From Octopus vulgaris (Eukaryota), in the NCBI GenBank assembly GCA_951406725.2, contig OX597838.1, positions 17,546,001 to 17,610,000 of the forward strand: 64,000 bases of DNA. Reading direction: 5' to 3'. Made by a program: the position numbers and the translations under genes. The notes under the pieces were generated by a model that did no database searches, had not been told where the DNA came from, and saw nothing but the letters and a program-made list of their open reading frames with translations. Positions 25,251 to 38,564 of the stretch are shown one piece after another. The stretch's first letter is position 1. Every line of letters starts with the position of its first letter.

Positions 25251-26496
25251 GCTGCTAAGCATTTTCCCCGGCATACTAACGATTCTGCCAGCCCGCCGCC
25301 TTCTAAATAATATATATTTATTAAACAATCATAAATTTTCTGGCGATCCTTTTTCTGTGTTATAAAAGTCAAAAGGGTAAAAGAAATATAACCCTCATGT
25401 GATTATATTAAGCAAAAAAATTACCAACAACGGGCAGAAACTCACAAAATATTGAGCTATGCAGATACAAGATAAGACTACACAAAACTAGTGATAACAA
25501 AATTTTTTATATCTTGAATGGTTGTGGTAGGTTTGCTTGTTTGTTTTGGCAAAATACATCAAGTTGAGGGTTTCTATTTATCAGTGACGTTCGTATTTGA
25601 TTGGTTATTTTGTTTTTATTCCTGTTAACGTTCAAATTCATACAGATATGTGGAACAAATGGTTGAAGCGCTGCCATTCAAGCGATTCTGGAAATTTTGA
25701 TTTCAAAGTCACAGTAAGCAAAATAAGAAAAACAGAAAAAAAAAAAAAAAAAAAAAAACAGAAAAGAAAATGCTGAAATTTGTTTTTTGGAAATTAGATT
25801 TGGGTCTTGATGCCATGACAAATCTGTAAATTCTTCCCAAGAGAAAAATGTTTTACCTGTTTTTATTGCTTCAATGAATAGGATTTAGACCTAATCTAAT
25901 TTTCAAATATCTATGTTTGGCAGAAAATATTTGCAAATCTATTTTCTTTGTATACCAAAAGTGTGATTATGATCTACTTAAACGAATTAATAGTGAAATT
26001 ATTTTCAAACTTTCAGACATCAGTAGATATAAATATTTAAAATTCATCATTTTGTATTAAGTCTCCATAGGTTCAGGGTTTTTTTTTTGTAGTTTTCCTT
26101 TTTTGCCATAAACACGTCAGTTTTACCTTACAAAGTGAAGATGTGTATCTTTTCTCCTTGTAGAAAACTATTAAGTTCATTAACCTTCTCAAACATGTCT
26201 AACAAATTACATTACTGAAAATCCAATTCTCAACAGGAATGAATTCTGCAAGATTTTGGTTATTTTCTGATAAAAGCAAAATAAAAAAAAAACTCTATTA
26301 GCTATCTTCAGCTCTGACAGAGACCACACTCACATGCAATAAAAGTTGTTTGAACTCGAATTCCTTATCCTGTCACAGATAAATTGCACAAATTGGCTAT
26401 TTCTAATTTCTGTAATATGTTTTAATTTTTAAATAGAAATACCATTATTTCTAATTCTCTCTAAAGGAGACTACTGCAGCGACACTGGATATTAAT

Positions 26497-26756
26497 AGTT
26501 ATCGCCAAGCTAACATGGAAAGTCCAGATAAATAGGACGTATGCCGCCGTTGATTAGCTCCCAGAGGCCATCGCCTCTAGTTATCGCCAAGCACATGGAG
26601 TCCATAAATAGGACGCGCCGTTGATTAGTCAGAGGCCATCGCTAGCTAGCTATGTGACACACATAGCTATATGTCACATAGCTAGCTAGAGGCGATGGCC
26701 TCTTGGAGTTAATCAACGGCAGCATTCGTCCTATTTATCTGGACTGCCATGTTAGT
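26497..26756. repeat. Complex direct plus inverted repeat (foldback)
   Basis: ctaacatggaaagtccagataaataggacg..agaggccatcgcctctag (about 26510-26580) is inverted at about 26685-26755; a deletion-riddled direct copy lies at 26578-26645. Confidence 0.8.
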
Positions 26757-27120
26757 TTTAATATTTATTTTGCATGTCATATTTATGGAATACAAAATGT
26801 TTCTCATTTCAACCAAATTTTTCCATGAATAACTATTGTTTCCCAAGAGTGCATGTCCACACACGTTTCCGACCACTCCTATATAACTTCTTGGCTTTCA
26901 GATATTTTTCAGCTGATTAGCTCTAGGATCTTCTTATATTTTAATCATTGTATGTTCTTCAAAAAATATTTAAGATTTCAGTAAGTTTTCAAAAAACGAT
27001 AAAGATATGTTTTCATAGGAATTAGTATTAAGACATGTTTATAAAAATTTAGTAGAACTCAAAATTTCCTTTATCAAAACTCTGTGCCTAAAAATTGTAT
27101 CTATTTCTCATCATCGGATG

Positions 27121-27134
27121 TTGTTATTATTATG

Positions 27135-27190
<56 letters not shown>

Positions 27191-27340
27191 CATTATTATT
27201 ATTATCATTATTATTATTATGATTATTATTATCATTATTATTATTATTATTATTATCATTATTATTATTATGATTATTATGATTATTATTATCATTATTA
27301 TTATCATTTATTATTATTATTATTATTATTATTATGATTA

Positions 27341-27372
<32 letters not shown>
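27121..27372. repeat. (ATT)n microsatellite abutting the S3-S4 exon acceptor
   Basis: Directly visible. Confidence 0.95.
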
Positions 27373-27376
27373 GCAG

Positions 27377-27515
27377 GTTTTTGATGCATTTATTGTGATC
27401 GCTTCTTTCGCGCTGGATTTTGTATTCCTGGATAGTCAATGGTACGAGACGGGTAAAGATGCAAGTACTATTCTGGTTTTGTTGCTTCCTTGGCGCGTCG
27501 TTCGAATAGTCAACA
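27377..27515 (+). CDS. Hv-like channel exon encoding S3-S4: VFDAFIVIASFALDFVFLDSQWYETGKDASTILVLLLPWRVVRIVN(S)
   Basis: ttgcag acceptor, A|gtaagt donor, 139 nt (phase 0/1). S3 FDAxIVxxSFxLD and S4 WRxxRIxN are hallmark Hv motifs. Confidence 0.92.
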
Positions 27516-27895
27516 GTAAGTGAACAACCATCATATTGTTTTTGCTCTTGTTATTGTTGTTGTTGTTGTTGTTAATAATGCAGTGGTTATTCCTTCAGAT
27601 GTAATTAATTGGAACCTTCAATTAAATCCTCTTACTGATCAGATGTTCATTCATATTGACTTTTCTTTAATGAATAAATTTTTTTTTTCTAATAAGCTTT
27701 TTAATCTTCATCGCATCAAGTGTGATAACACTAACCGGAGAATATATTATGTGCACTCTGATATGAAATATGATACAAATGCTTTCCTTTCTCACCCCAC
27801 CCGCGGTCTCTGCCTCTCTCTCTCTCTCTCCCTCTCTCTTTCATACACACACACTATCTCTCTCTTCTCGGCAAGTGTCTTTACACATGTGTAAG

Positions 27896-27966
<71 letters not shown>

Positions 27967-28188
27967 TGTGGTTGTAAATATGCAATGTAGGCTAGAAGGT
28001 TTGCAAATTTAACGGAGGCCTCAAAAGTCATTTTAAGATAAAAAAAAGATCAAAACTTATCTGCAGCTCTTGGTCGTCCAAAACGGATATGCAAGATTGT
28101 CTGGTTTAAAAGCCACATCAGATGCCATGACGGTTCTAAGGTGTAGGTACAGGAGGTGGTCAAACTCTGCATAAGGAGTAGACAACCA

Positions 28189-28237
<49 letters not shown>

Positions 28238-28269
28238 CACAGATAGATAGATAAATAATATAGATAGAG

Positions 28270-28307
<38 letters not shown>

Positions 28308-28315
28308 TATGTAAG

Positions 28316-28400
<85 letters not shown>

Positions 28401-28617
28401 GTGTGATATATATATATATATATATACACACACATACATATATATAGTTTATGATAGCTCAGAATGATCGGTATGTCTTTAAAAACACAAATACAGGTAT
28501 ATATATATATAATTATATATTATATACATATATATAATTGCCAAATGGCAACTAAAACTAATCTCGTATTAGGAGGGGAGGTAATCTCAAGAATCATATA
28601 TATATATATATATATTC

Positions 28618-28920
28618 TTTATTCTTTTACTTGTTTCAGTCATTTTGACTGCGGCTATGTTGCACTGCTCAAAGGGTTTTTAGTCAAGCCATCGGACCCA
28701 GGATTTTTTCTTTGCATAGTACTTATACTATCGGTCTCTTTTGCCCAATTGCTATGTTGCAGGACTAAACACACCAACAACCTGTCATGATGGTCAGGGG
28801 AGAACATAGACACAAAGACACACTTGGTCGGCCCGAGGCTATAGTAGAAGGCCTCCAGGTGTCATGCACAATTGAACTCGGAACCACGTGGTTGGGAAAA
28901 CACGCTACTAACACGCAGTC
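28618..28920 (-). mobile_element. SINE family C (degenerate)
   Basis: tacttgtttcagtcatt..ggtcggcccgaggctatagtagaag..ggaaccacgtggttgg. Confidence 0.65.
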
Positions 28921-28921
28921 A

Positions 28922-29852
<931 letters not shown>

Positions 29853-30235
29853 AGATTATATCAAAGTATACAATATCATAGGTCAATTTCATCTCATCAT
29901 ATCAATCAATGTTGCACTTGGTATCAGACGATACTTACATCACGTGGTTTTTAGTGATGGCAAGCATGAAAAAAAACATGGTGAATCAGTGCGAAATCGA
30001 TTGGTAAGGCCGGCTGAAATAGATCTTTCATGCTGTATACTTTAATGTATACCCAGTGAATTGAGAAATATATACATGTGGGGGGGGGGGGAATTGACAA
30101 ATATATGAGTGCTTTTTTTTTAGTTTATAGTTCTTAGACACACACACACTCACACACACACTCACACACATGTATTTATCCAAGATACACTGGTTTAATA
30201 TATTGTATTTTGAAGATATATTTCTTCAATGAATA

Positions 30236-30635
30236 TCTTTATATATAAAAGTGAAGTTGTGTGAGTGTCTGTCCCCTTCGATTTAGATTCCTAACTACTC
30301 CCACATTTTGCGGTGCAGTGTAACCAAAAGCGGGTATCTTATAGTCGTGATTCATATCGAGCCCTTCTGGGTATTAGCGCGCGTCTACGATGAGTCTACG
30401 ATTTAAAAAAAAATTTACCATCATTTTTCCCCATTTCTAATGCATGTTTTTTGCTATTATATAAGGGAAGTAACTCTCTAAAAATGTATTATTAAATCTT
30501 AGAACGTAAAAAGCTACAATAACACCCCTCTTTGTGGTTAGCCATATTGAGATGGCTATTATACTTTACATTTCTAAAAATGCTTATATAATTATTTCCC
30601 TTACAAACCCGAGCAACGCCGGGCGATACTGCTAG
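30236..30635 (+). mobile_element. Non-autonomous Helitron
   Basis: A|TCtttatatataaaa 5' end; 3' cccgagcaacgccgggcgatactgCTAG|T. Confidence 0.85.
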
Positions 30636-30819
30636 TATTGTATAAAATATAAAATATCAAATATGCTTAAGTTTTAACATAGAGAGATTCAATGGATATA
30701 AATTAATTTATTAATTAGCTATCATCTTTGCATAACTTGGGCGGAAAATCTTCAGGGTGTAAAAAAGAACAATACAGAAGTTACATTTTGATTGGTTGAA
30801 ATACTCCAATTTATACATA

Positions 30820-31047
30820 GCGGCGAGCTGGCAGAAATGTTAGCACGCCGGACGAAATGCGTAGCCGTACTTCGTCTGCCGTTACGTTCTGAGTTCAAAT
30901 TCCGCCGAGGTCGACTTTGCCTTTCATCCTTTGGGGGTCGATTAAGTAAGTACCAGTTACGCACTGGGGTCGATATAATCGACTTAATCCGTTTGTCTGT
31001 CCTTGTTTGTCCCCTCTATGTTTAGCCCCTTGTGGGTAGTAATGAAA
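30820..31047 (+). mobile_element. SINE family A
   Basis: Near-identical to the 4497 monomer. Confidence 0.9.
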
Positions 31048-31211
31048 CAAAAAAAAATTATACATTGTTTTCTACCACTCTCTTACTTTCTTATCATTTC
31101 ATGCATTCTCTTTGTATTTCCCCCCAATTAGCCATCCACACTTCTACTCACTTTCACACTCATGCATTTTCTCTCTCTCTCCCTTTTTTTTTTTTCTCTC
31201 TTTTTTTCCAG

Positions 31212-31327
31212 GTTTCTTGATGACAGTCAACAGGAAACATCACATAGAAATAATGACCGTTAGAAAATCCAAGAAAAAAGCAGACATGAAAATCATTAAA
31301 TTACAGGCACTGATAAACGAAATCACT
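31212..31327 (+). CDS. Hv-like channel exon, post-S4 helix / predicted coiled coil: (S)FLMTVNRKHHIEIMTVRKSKKKADMKIIKLQALINEIT
   Basis: Long pyrimidine tract plus ttccag acceptor, ACT|gtaagt donor, 116 nt (phase 1/0), in frame with the previous exon. Confidence 0.88.
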
Positions 31328-31954
31328 GTAAGTACCTGGAATCGAAACCCTCATAATGGGTTGTACAACGCTCCTTACTAACATCAAGGTCGTTGTCTTT
31401 TTGCTCTTATTCATAACTACCGATCTTGTTGTTGTTGTTGCTCTGATTGTATCTATGTAATTGCTTTGTGTATGCGTCTGAATGAAGGAAATGTGTGAAT
31501 CTGAAACTGCTTAAATGTAGGGGTACGACCATGTGTGTTCTTGTGTCTATACACAGACACACACATATTTACATATGTATAGAACAACCTAATGTAGCAG
31601 GCAACACTCTAACTCAAACAGTACCACAACCTACAGCAGCACTCTCTATCTCTATGCAAAGTGAAGACAGTTACTCTGTTTAACGGTTAAACTATTGAGA
31701 GACATTGCTTCGAATCCCACAGCTCTTCTTACATTGGAGGTAATATGTGACCCATATTTTGGTTGGTGATGCTGTGGGTGAAGTTTAGAGAATTAACGTG
31801 GGCATATTTTATAACGCTAAATGTCGTATACTGAAGAGAAAATTGAGATATTACGTTGAGATATTACGAGGCATTACTCCTAAACAACTTATTTTTGTTC
31901 GTAATCTTTTATTGCTTTGTTACCTTAACACTCGCATCTTCTATTTTGTTTCAG

Positions 31955-32027
31955 AGAGATGTAGAGTTACTAGTAGCGCTTAGCAGAAGCAGAGGCGCCC
32001 CAGAACATGAAATAACCGCGTGTCTTT
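31955..32027 (+). CDS. Hv-like channel exon, end of coiled coil: RDVELLVALSRSRGAPEHEITACL(Y)
   Basis: ttttgtttcag acceptor, T|gtaagt donor, 73 nt (phase 0/1), frame-consistent with both neighbours. Confidence 0.82.
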
Positions 32028-32310
32028 GTAAGTATTCGTCAGACTGAGTGGGAATTCTGTCTGCACAGAAGTTTTTAAAAGTTCTTTCTTCAGTTCTAAT
32101 AAATTGTGTCTTCTTTTTCTTTTATCATTACGAGGCTGAGGGTATGGACAGCTCCTTTTAAAATGGTCTCACTTATGTGAACACGATGTGTAAAGAGGCA
32201 AAATAAATTTGTGTGAAAATTATGTACTCTTTCAGCCAAATTGTCAGTAAAATCTCAATTTTGATGCCTTCACAGCGAATGTGGATTAAGAAAAACATTT
32301 TTTTATTTTT

Positions 32311-32537
32311 TGTTCTTTCTCGAGCCACGCCTGGCTCATTAGAGCCAGTTTCCCGATTTCCTTGGCGTATAGGTTCCCCATCTGGACGGGACCCCGGTCC
32401 GTCGCAGGTGAGCTGCAAGATGCAGGAGGAAAGAGTGTGGCGAAGTCAGCAGAAGTTTCGCCATTACCTTCTGCCGGAGCCGCGAGGAGCTTAGGTGTTT
32501 CGCTCATAAACACACACATCGCACGGTCTGAGATTTC
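32311..32537 (-). mobile_element. SINE family B (tail type 4, V-domain-like), 5'-truncated
   Basis: Homologous to 32825-33090; contains the reverse complement of cctgcgacggaccggggtcccgtccag. Confidence 0.75.
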
Positions 32538-32824
32538 CACGTAAATTAAGGCGGCGTTGCTGTTTCCAAAGTTTTATTTCCGTTTCTCTATTATTAATTT
32601 GAATAAACTGATGGATAAAGAAATCAAACTACATAAACAAACGGCGGCAAAACCGTTCTTAAATTGACATATTCAGTAACAATAATAAATTTAATTTATC
32701 TTCAACAATTGTTGTTAAACCTCCGTTAACAGCACCGTATGTAGGTCATTTCCCTTTTCTCTCACGCACGGGTAAATTTTTCACTATAGACACTATATCA
32801 GTGGATTAAGAAAAACCTTTTTTT

Positions 32825-33090
32825 GTTCCTTCTCGAGCCACGCCTGGCTCATAAGGGCCGGTTTCCCGATTTCCTTGGCGTGTAGGTTCCCCACCTGAAC
32901 GGGACCCCGGTCCGTCGCAGGTGAGCTGCAAGATGCAGGAGGAAAGAGTGTGGCGAAATAATCAGCAGAAGTTCGCCATTACCTTCTGCCAGAGCCGCGT
33001 GGAGCTTAGATGTTTCGCTCATAAACACACACATCGCCCGGTCTGAGATTCGAACCCGCGATCCCTCGACCGCGAGTCCGCTACTCTAAC
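32825..33090 (-). mobile_element. SINE family B (tail type 4)
   Basis: 19-bp TSD agacactatatcagtggat (32788-32806 and 33095-33113). Confidence 0.85.
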
Positions 33091-33399
33091 GTAAAGACAC
33101 TATATCAGTGGATAGACTGATAAAGGCCTTCATAGAGAAAACTGTCCTTGTTTCCACTTCAGACGACACACAGTATTACAAACACGGCCCGCACTCCCAC
33201 CTTCACATTCCATGACTACCATTGGGATCGATCAGGTACCGGACAAGGATTCTGGATTGTTTTTCCGTTTTTTTTTTTTTACTTGATTTGTAAGAGCGGT
33301 CGGGTTCATTTTTGATATTCTCGTTTGTGAGAGCAGTCGAGTTTATTTCAGATATTCTCCTTTTAAAAATCATCTCTGAAAGATCAGTTTTTTTTTTTT

Positions 33400-33712
33400 C
33401 TTTTTACGCCCTTTTCAAACCTAGCCAGGCTCATGGGCTCGGTTTCCCGGTTTCTGTGGCGTATGTGTTCCCCTCCAGCTGGACGGGACGCCAGTCCATC
33501 GCAGCGTTACTCAAGAAACAGGAAGAGAGAGTGAGAGAAAGTTGGGGCGAAAGAGTACAACAGGGATCACCACCACCACCACCGCTGCCAGAGCCTCGTG
33601 GAGCTTTAGGTGTTTTCGCTCAATAAACACACGCAACGCCCTGTCTGGGAATCAAAACCGCGATCCTCCGACCGCGAGTTCGCTGCCCTAACCACTGGGC
33701 CATTGCGCCTCC
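33400..33712 (-). mobile_element. SINE family B (tail type 4-like)
   Basis: Full B head on the minus strand; tail with gcgatggactggcgtcccgtccag motif. Confidence 0.85.
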
Positions 33713-33935
33713 GCAACAAGCTCAGTGCAGGCTATAATTTCTATTGAAAATCCGTAAAGATAACCTTCAGAAATTTTGTCCATTGTGATAATAATTTTGT
33801 CCATAATTTTATCATTTTTCACTGATAATAATATTTTGAATCGATTTTTTTTGTAGATGTATTTTTGTTTTGATTTTTAATATTATTTGTTTGTTTTTTT
33901 TTTCTTTTTCTTTTATTTTTTTTTTGTTGTGGCAG

Positions 33936-34173
33936 ATGGAAAAGGCCGGCGTGGTGTGGCCATGTCAGCCATTTCCTCGTTTGCGTCACTGATGCTCATC
34001 TCTACGTTGGGCAAGAGTAACGTGGCAGGGGACACGGAAGATGATCTTTATGGCCGCGCCCTCGAAGAGGCAATGAAAGACGATCAAGACGACAACGATG
34101 ACACGGCAAACGGCATTCTCATGGAAGAAGACGAAGAGGAAGACGACGACGACGACGACGAAGAAGACAGGGT

Positions 34174-34204
<31 letters not shown>

Positions 34205-34579
34205 AATGACAATGACAATGACATTGAAAGCGGACAACGAAGCTCAATTAGTTCAGCAATGGACGAAAACTTAAACTGTCGGCGAGCCGTGAAAATGGCG
34301 CGAAACAAAGCCGCGGCAGCAGCGGCGGCAGCGGCAGCAGCAGCAGCAGCTGCCAGTATTGCAGGTAGCAGTAGTTCTGCAAGTACTTCATATGCTCGTC
34401 GCAACACTATTCCACAGCCAGTGTTGGCAACTTCAAACCGCAGCAGTATGCTATATTATATTAACAACGGCTATGCACTCCACGAACCAGACGATTCGGA
34501 TACGGAACGGCGGCCTAGTCTTCTAAGTACTAACTCTATCCATAGTCTCCCTGGGTTACCAACAAGTGACACTTTTTTG
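33936..34579 (+). CDS. Hv-like channel large C-terminal exon (hydrophobic segment, acidic D/E tract, poly-Ala, Ser-rich region)
   Basis: T-rich tract plus ggcag acceptor, TTG|gtaagt donor, 644 nt (phase 1/0). Lies inside ORF 33887..34732 and is visibly GC-richer than its flanks. Confidence 0.82.
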
Positions 34580-34766
34580 GTAAGTGCCCTTCTTTGTCAT
34601 CATCTATGTCCGATTTCTTCACGCCATTTTTTTACAAAGGTGGGGAAAAAATTGTCAGAAATATTTATAGACACACTCGATTACGTATTTGATTTTTCTG
34701 CCAAAGAATTTTGGCCTTTTGGGGAATTTTGAAGAAGTAGATATGTAGAATTCTCCCCTTGACTCT

Positions 34767-34996
34767 CTCTTTTACTTGTTTCAGTCATTTGACTGTGGCC
34801 ATGCTGGAGCACCGCCTTCGCCTTTTAGTCGAGCAAATCGACCCCAGGACTTATTCTTTGTAAGCCTAGTACTTATTCTATCGGTCTGTTTCGCCGAACC
34901 GCTAAGTTACGGGGACGTAAACACACCAGCATCGGTTGTCAAGCGATGGTGGGGGAGACAAACACAGACACACATACATACATTTATATATATATG

Positions 34997-35061
<65 letters not shown>

Positions 35062-35362
35062 TTAGAGATAAAACCACTATTAGGCAAATCAAACAATGAA
35101 AAACTTAAGCCAATACATAAAATTAATTAATTTATATTATTTTAAATATATATCAAAATATTAAAAATTTAATAAAAGATAATGAGTAAAACACATATAT
35201 ATATGCGACGGGCTTCTTTCAATTTCCGTCTACCAAATCCACTCACAAGGCTTTGGTCGGCACGAGGCAATAGTTGAAGACACTTGCCCAAGGTGCCACG
35301 GAGTGACCCTTTACCCGGAACCATGTGGTTCGTAAGCAAGCTATTTACCACACAAACACTCC
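34767..35362 (-). mobile_element. SINE family C with an insert in its (TA)n tract
   Basis: Both halves are recognisable; insert 35057-35190 shares taaattagagataaaaccactattaggcaaatcaa with 63611-63644 (inverted). Confidence 0.75.
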
Positions 35363-36040
35363 TGGTGCGAAGCTTCAAGGTGTTGGGAAATATAAACAGA
35401 ATTGTTTCTTGTCTTATAATTGCAGAATTATAAAGTTATAAAGCTTTTGTGTGGTATGATGGTGTAACACTTTATAGCAATAGCTGTTTGCTGGAGTCGT
35501 TTAATGTAATAATTTAGCGACTTCTGGGAGTAGACTTGTCCAAAGTTCCATGCAGTGGGACTGAACCCATATTTTGGTTGGTGATGCTGTGGGTGAAGTT
35601 TTAGAGAATTAACGTGGGCATGTTTTATAACGCTAAATGTCGTATACTGAAGAGAAAATTGTACCTTAAGGTTGTGGATATTACATGCAATATGGAGTGG
35701 AAGTGAAGTAAACAACTAATGAGTGAAATACTCCGTAAAATACTTTTTTATAGTGTATCAAGATTTAGAGGAATCATAGACGGAAGTAGAAGATGAACAG
35801 GGGTATAGTGTGTTTAGAGTTCATCTAATACCGAGGTTCTGTGGGTGCTTGAACGCTGGTTCATTGAGGTTAAGAGTGTAGGAAAAAATATCGAGTAAAG
35901 CCCGCGTTTTTAAAAGTGTTAATACTTTTAAATTAAAGTTTTCGTGTAGGGTAGAACCTTTCCTATGTAAGCGCTCGGGAAATTTATTCTAATTAAATTT
36001 GATACATTATTGACTGAACAAATTGAGGAGATGTCACTTG

Positions 36041-36623
36041 GTGATGGAGCTGGCAGAAACGTTAGCACGCCGGGCGAAATGCTTAGCGGTATTTCGTCTG
36101 TCGTTACGTTGTGAGTTCAAATTCCGCCGAGGTCGACTTTGCCTTTCATCCTTTCAGGGTCGATAAATTAAGTACCAGTTACGCACTGGGGTCGATGTAA
36201 TCGACTTAATACCTATGTCTGTCCTTGTGTGTCCCCTCTGTGTTTAGCCCCTTGTGGGTAATAAAGAAATAGGTATTTCATCTGTGAGTTCAAATTCCGC
36301 CGAGGTCGACTTTGCCTTTCATCCTTTTCGGGGTCGATAAATTAAGTACCAGTTACGCACTGGGTTCGATGTAATCGACTTAATACCTGTGTCTGTCCTT
36401 GTTTGTCCCCTCTGTGTTTAGCCCCTTGTAGGTAATAAAGAAATAGGTATTTCGTCTGTGAGTTCAAATTCCGCCGAGGTCGACTTTGCCTTTCATCCTT
36501 TCGGGGTCGATAAATTAAGTACCAGTTACGCACTGGGGTCGGTGTAATCGACTTAATACCTATGTCTGTCCTTGTTTGTCCCCTCTGTGTTTAGCCCCTT
36601 GTGGGTAATAAAGAAATAGGTAT
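36041..36623 (+). mobile_element. SINE family A trimer
   Basis: Headed copy plus two headless units joined by aaagaaata|ggtatttc; units 2 and 3 share a short internal deletion. Confidence 0.9.
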
Positions 36624-37259
36624 GTATTGAATAAAACGTTTCACCATTGCACACGAACACACAGAGATTGCTTATAGAAGATATAGAAAAACTGCGTATT
36701 ATAAAAGGTGCTGAGTCAACGTTATCTTAGAAATATTTAACTAGTGCTGGTATTTTGAGTAAAACAACCCCTTTGGAAAAGTATTCAAAGGAAAACGAAA
36801 GTGGAAAATCTAGCTGTCATATTGGAATACTCTGACTAACTCATTCCCCATCACCTCTACTCGAGAACTTTAATTTTGTTTCGTATATGTAGAGTTAGAA
36901 TACGAACCAGAATATTTAGATCGGTATTAGTTCAGATGCCGCATTAGTTCAGCTGCCTTCTATTATGGCAACTAAAAAGAAATGAGTTTGTGAGAATTAC
37001 TAGTAAAGAGGAGATAAATTTGTATGAGTTGTTAGTAAGGGGGAGATAAATTTGTGTGTTGTGTGAGTAAAGGGGAGATAAACTTATTTGATGCGTGAGT
37101 AAAGGAGAGTCTTCTTTGCTGGAAAGAGTTTTGATCAAACCATGACAGGCTCTGTTTCACAGTACATCAACTTACTTTATTCTACAATTAAATTAAACTT
37201 TGTTATTTCATTGTTTTATTTTAAAACTGTAAAATCGATTCGTTTTTCTTTATACTAAA

Positions 37260-37773
37260 CTAGCAGTATCGCCCGGCGTTGCTCGGGTTTGTAAGGGAAA
37301 TAACTATATAAGCATTTTTAGAGAGTTACTTCCCTTATAGATGCCAATTCGGGCTTTCTTAGCCATTTCTGTTCTGGTGTCTTCAAGCCATGAAGTCGTT
37401 GTTCTAAAAGAACGCTGGTCTCCTTGACAACGCTTTACGACGTTGATTTCCTTACACTCCCTTCCCCACAGCTTCACGAGGGAGGGAAGAAGGGGGAAAA
37501 GCAACACAGGTGCAGGTGTGACCGTGGACGCCAACTCCGACGCCATCGACACACGAAAAAATATGCATTAAAATGGAATAAAAATTTATGTTAAATTATT
37601 TTTAAAATCGTAGACTCATCGTAGACGCGCGCTAATTCCCAGACGGGCTCGATATGAATCACGACTATAAGATACCCGAATTTGGTTAAACTGCACCGCA
37701 AAATGTGGGAGTAGTTAGGAATCTAAATCGAAGGGGACAGACACTCACACAACTACAGTTTTATATATATAGA
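37260..37773 (-). mobile_element. Non-autonomous Helitron (same family as 30236-30635)
   Basis: Reverse complement starts A|TCtatatatataaaa and ends cccgagcaacgccgggcgatactgCTAG|T; shares its 5' part with the 30236 copy. Confidence 0.85.
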
Positions 37774-37884
37774 TATGTTTATCTCCTCTCTCACATCACT
37801 ATTTTTAATTTTCTTTCTTTCGATCTTTTTTATACCAATAATTTTCCTCTATTTTCTTTTTTTTTTTTTTGCTGTGTTTTCTAG

Positions 37885-37920
37885 AGTTTTGACGTGGCAA
37901 CACAAATGACCTACCTGTGA
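37885..37920 (+). CDS. Probable terminal coding exon of the Hv-like gene: SFDVATQMTYL*
   Basis: Long T tract plus ttttctag acceptor, phase 0, ends in TGA; followed by repeat-poor sequence resembling a 3' UTR. Confidence 0.65.
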   Translation, partial: SFDVATQMTYL

Positions 37921-38532
37921 AGACAAAGAAACGTTAGTATGTGTTTTACACTTTAACATTTGGAAAGCTTGAGCCATGAACATGTGAGGAGCAGTAGAGA
38001 AAAGATGAAACTTTCTTGATCATCATCAAATGCTTCCCAGTTAAAATGGTCGCTTTTTGTTGGGGGAACCGGGTAACGATGCCACTAAATATCAGGGTAG
38101 AGAAAAGAAGAGAAGTCACTTAAGATGAGGGTAAAGAAGCATTGCTTAAGAACCGGGTAAATGCTGAATCATGGTAAAACTCGTATGTTGCAAAACGAAT
38201 GGGGTGGATAAAAAAAACGAAATCAAGGAAAAATATGGACAGGTGAAGAAAAACAGTAAAAATAATATAAAAGCTATGAATGTTCTATGATAAATGTTGT
38301 TGGAAGAAAATATATTCAAAATAAAGATGGACTGTTCAAAGTATATTCTCCCAGTCGACGGTTTCACAGCAGGTGTAGTACAAGGTGGCACCCACCCACA
38401 AAACCGTATGTTTAAAAACAATTTTAAAAATGGACAAAAGTGGAAAGAGAAGTTGAATTGAGCGAAGAGGACGATGGCAACAACAGCAGCAACGACAACA
38501 AAAACGAAAATTAAAACAACAACAACAACATA

Positions 38533-38564
<32 letters not shown>

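Noticed and set aside
33887-34732. 281-aa ORF as a stand-alone gene
   Set aside because: It starts in a T-rich acceptor tract and runs past a strong donor at 34580; it is an internal exon plus intron read-through.
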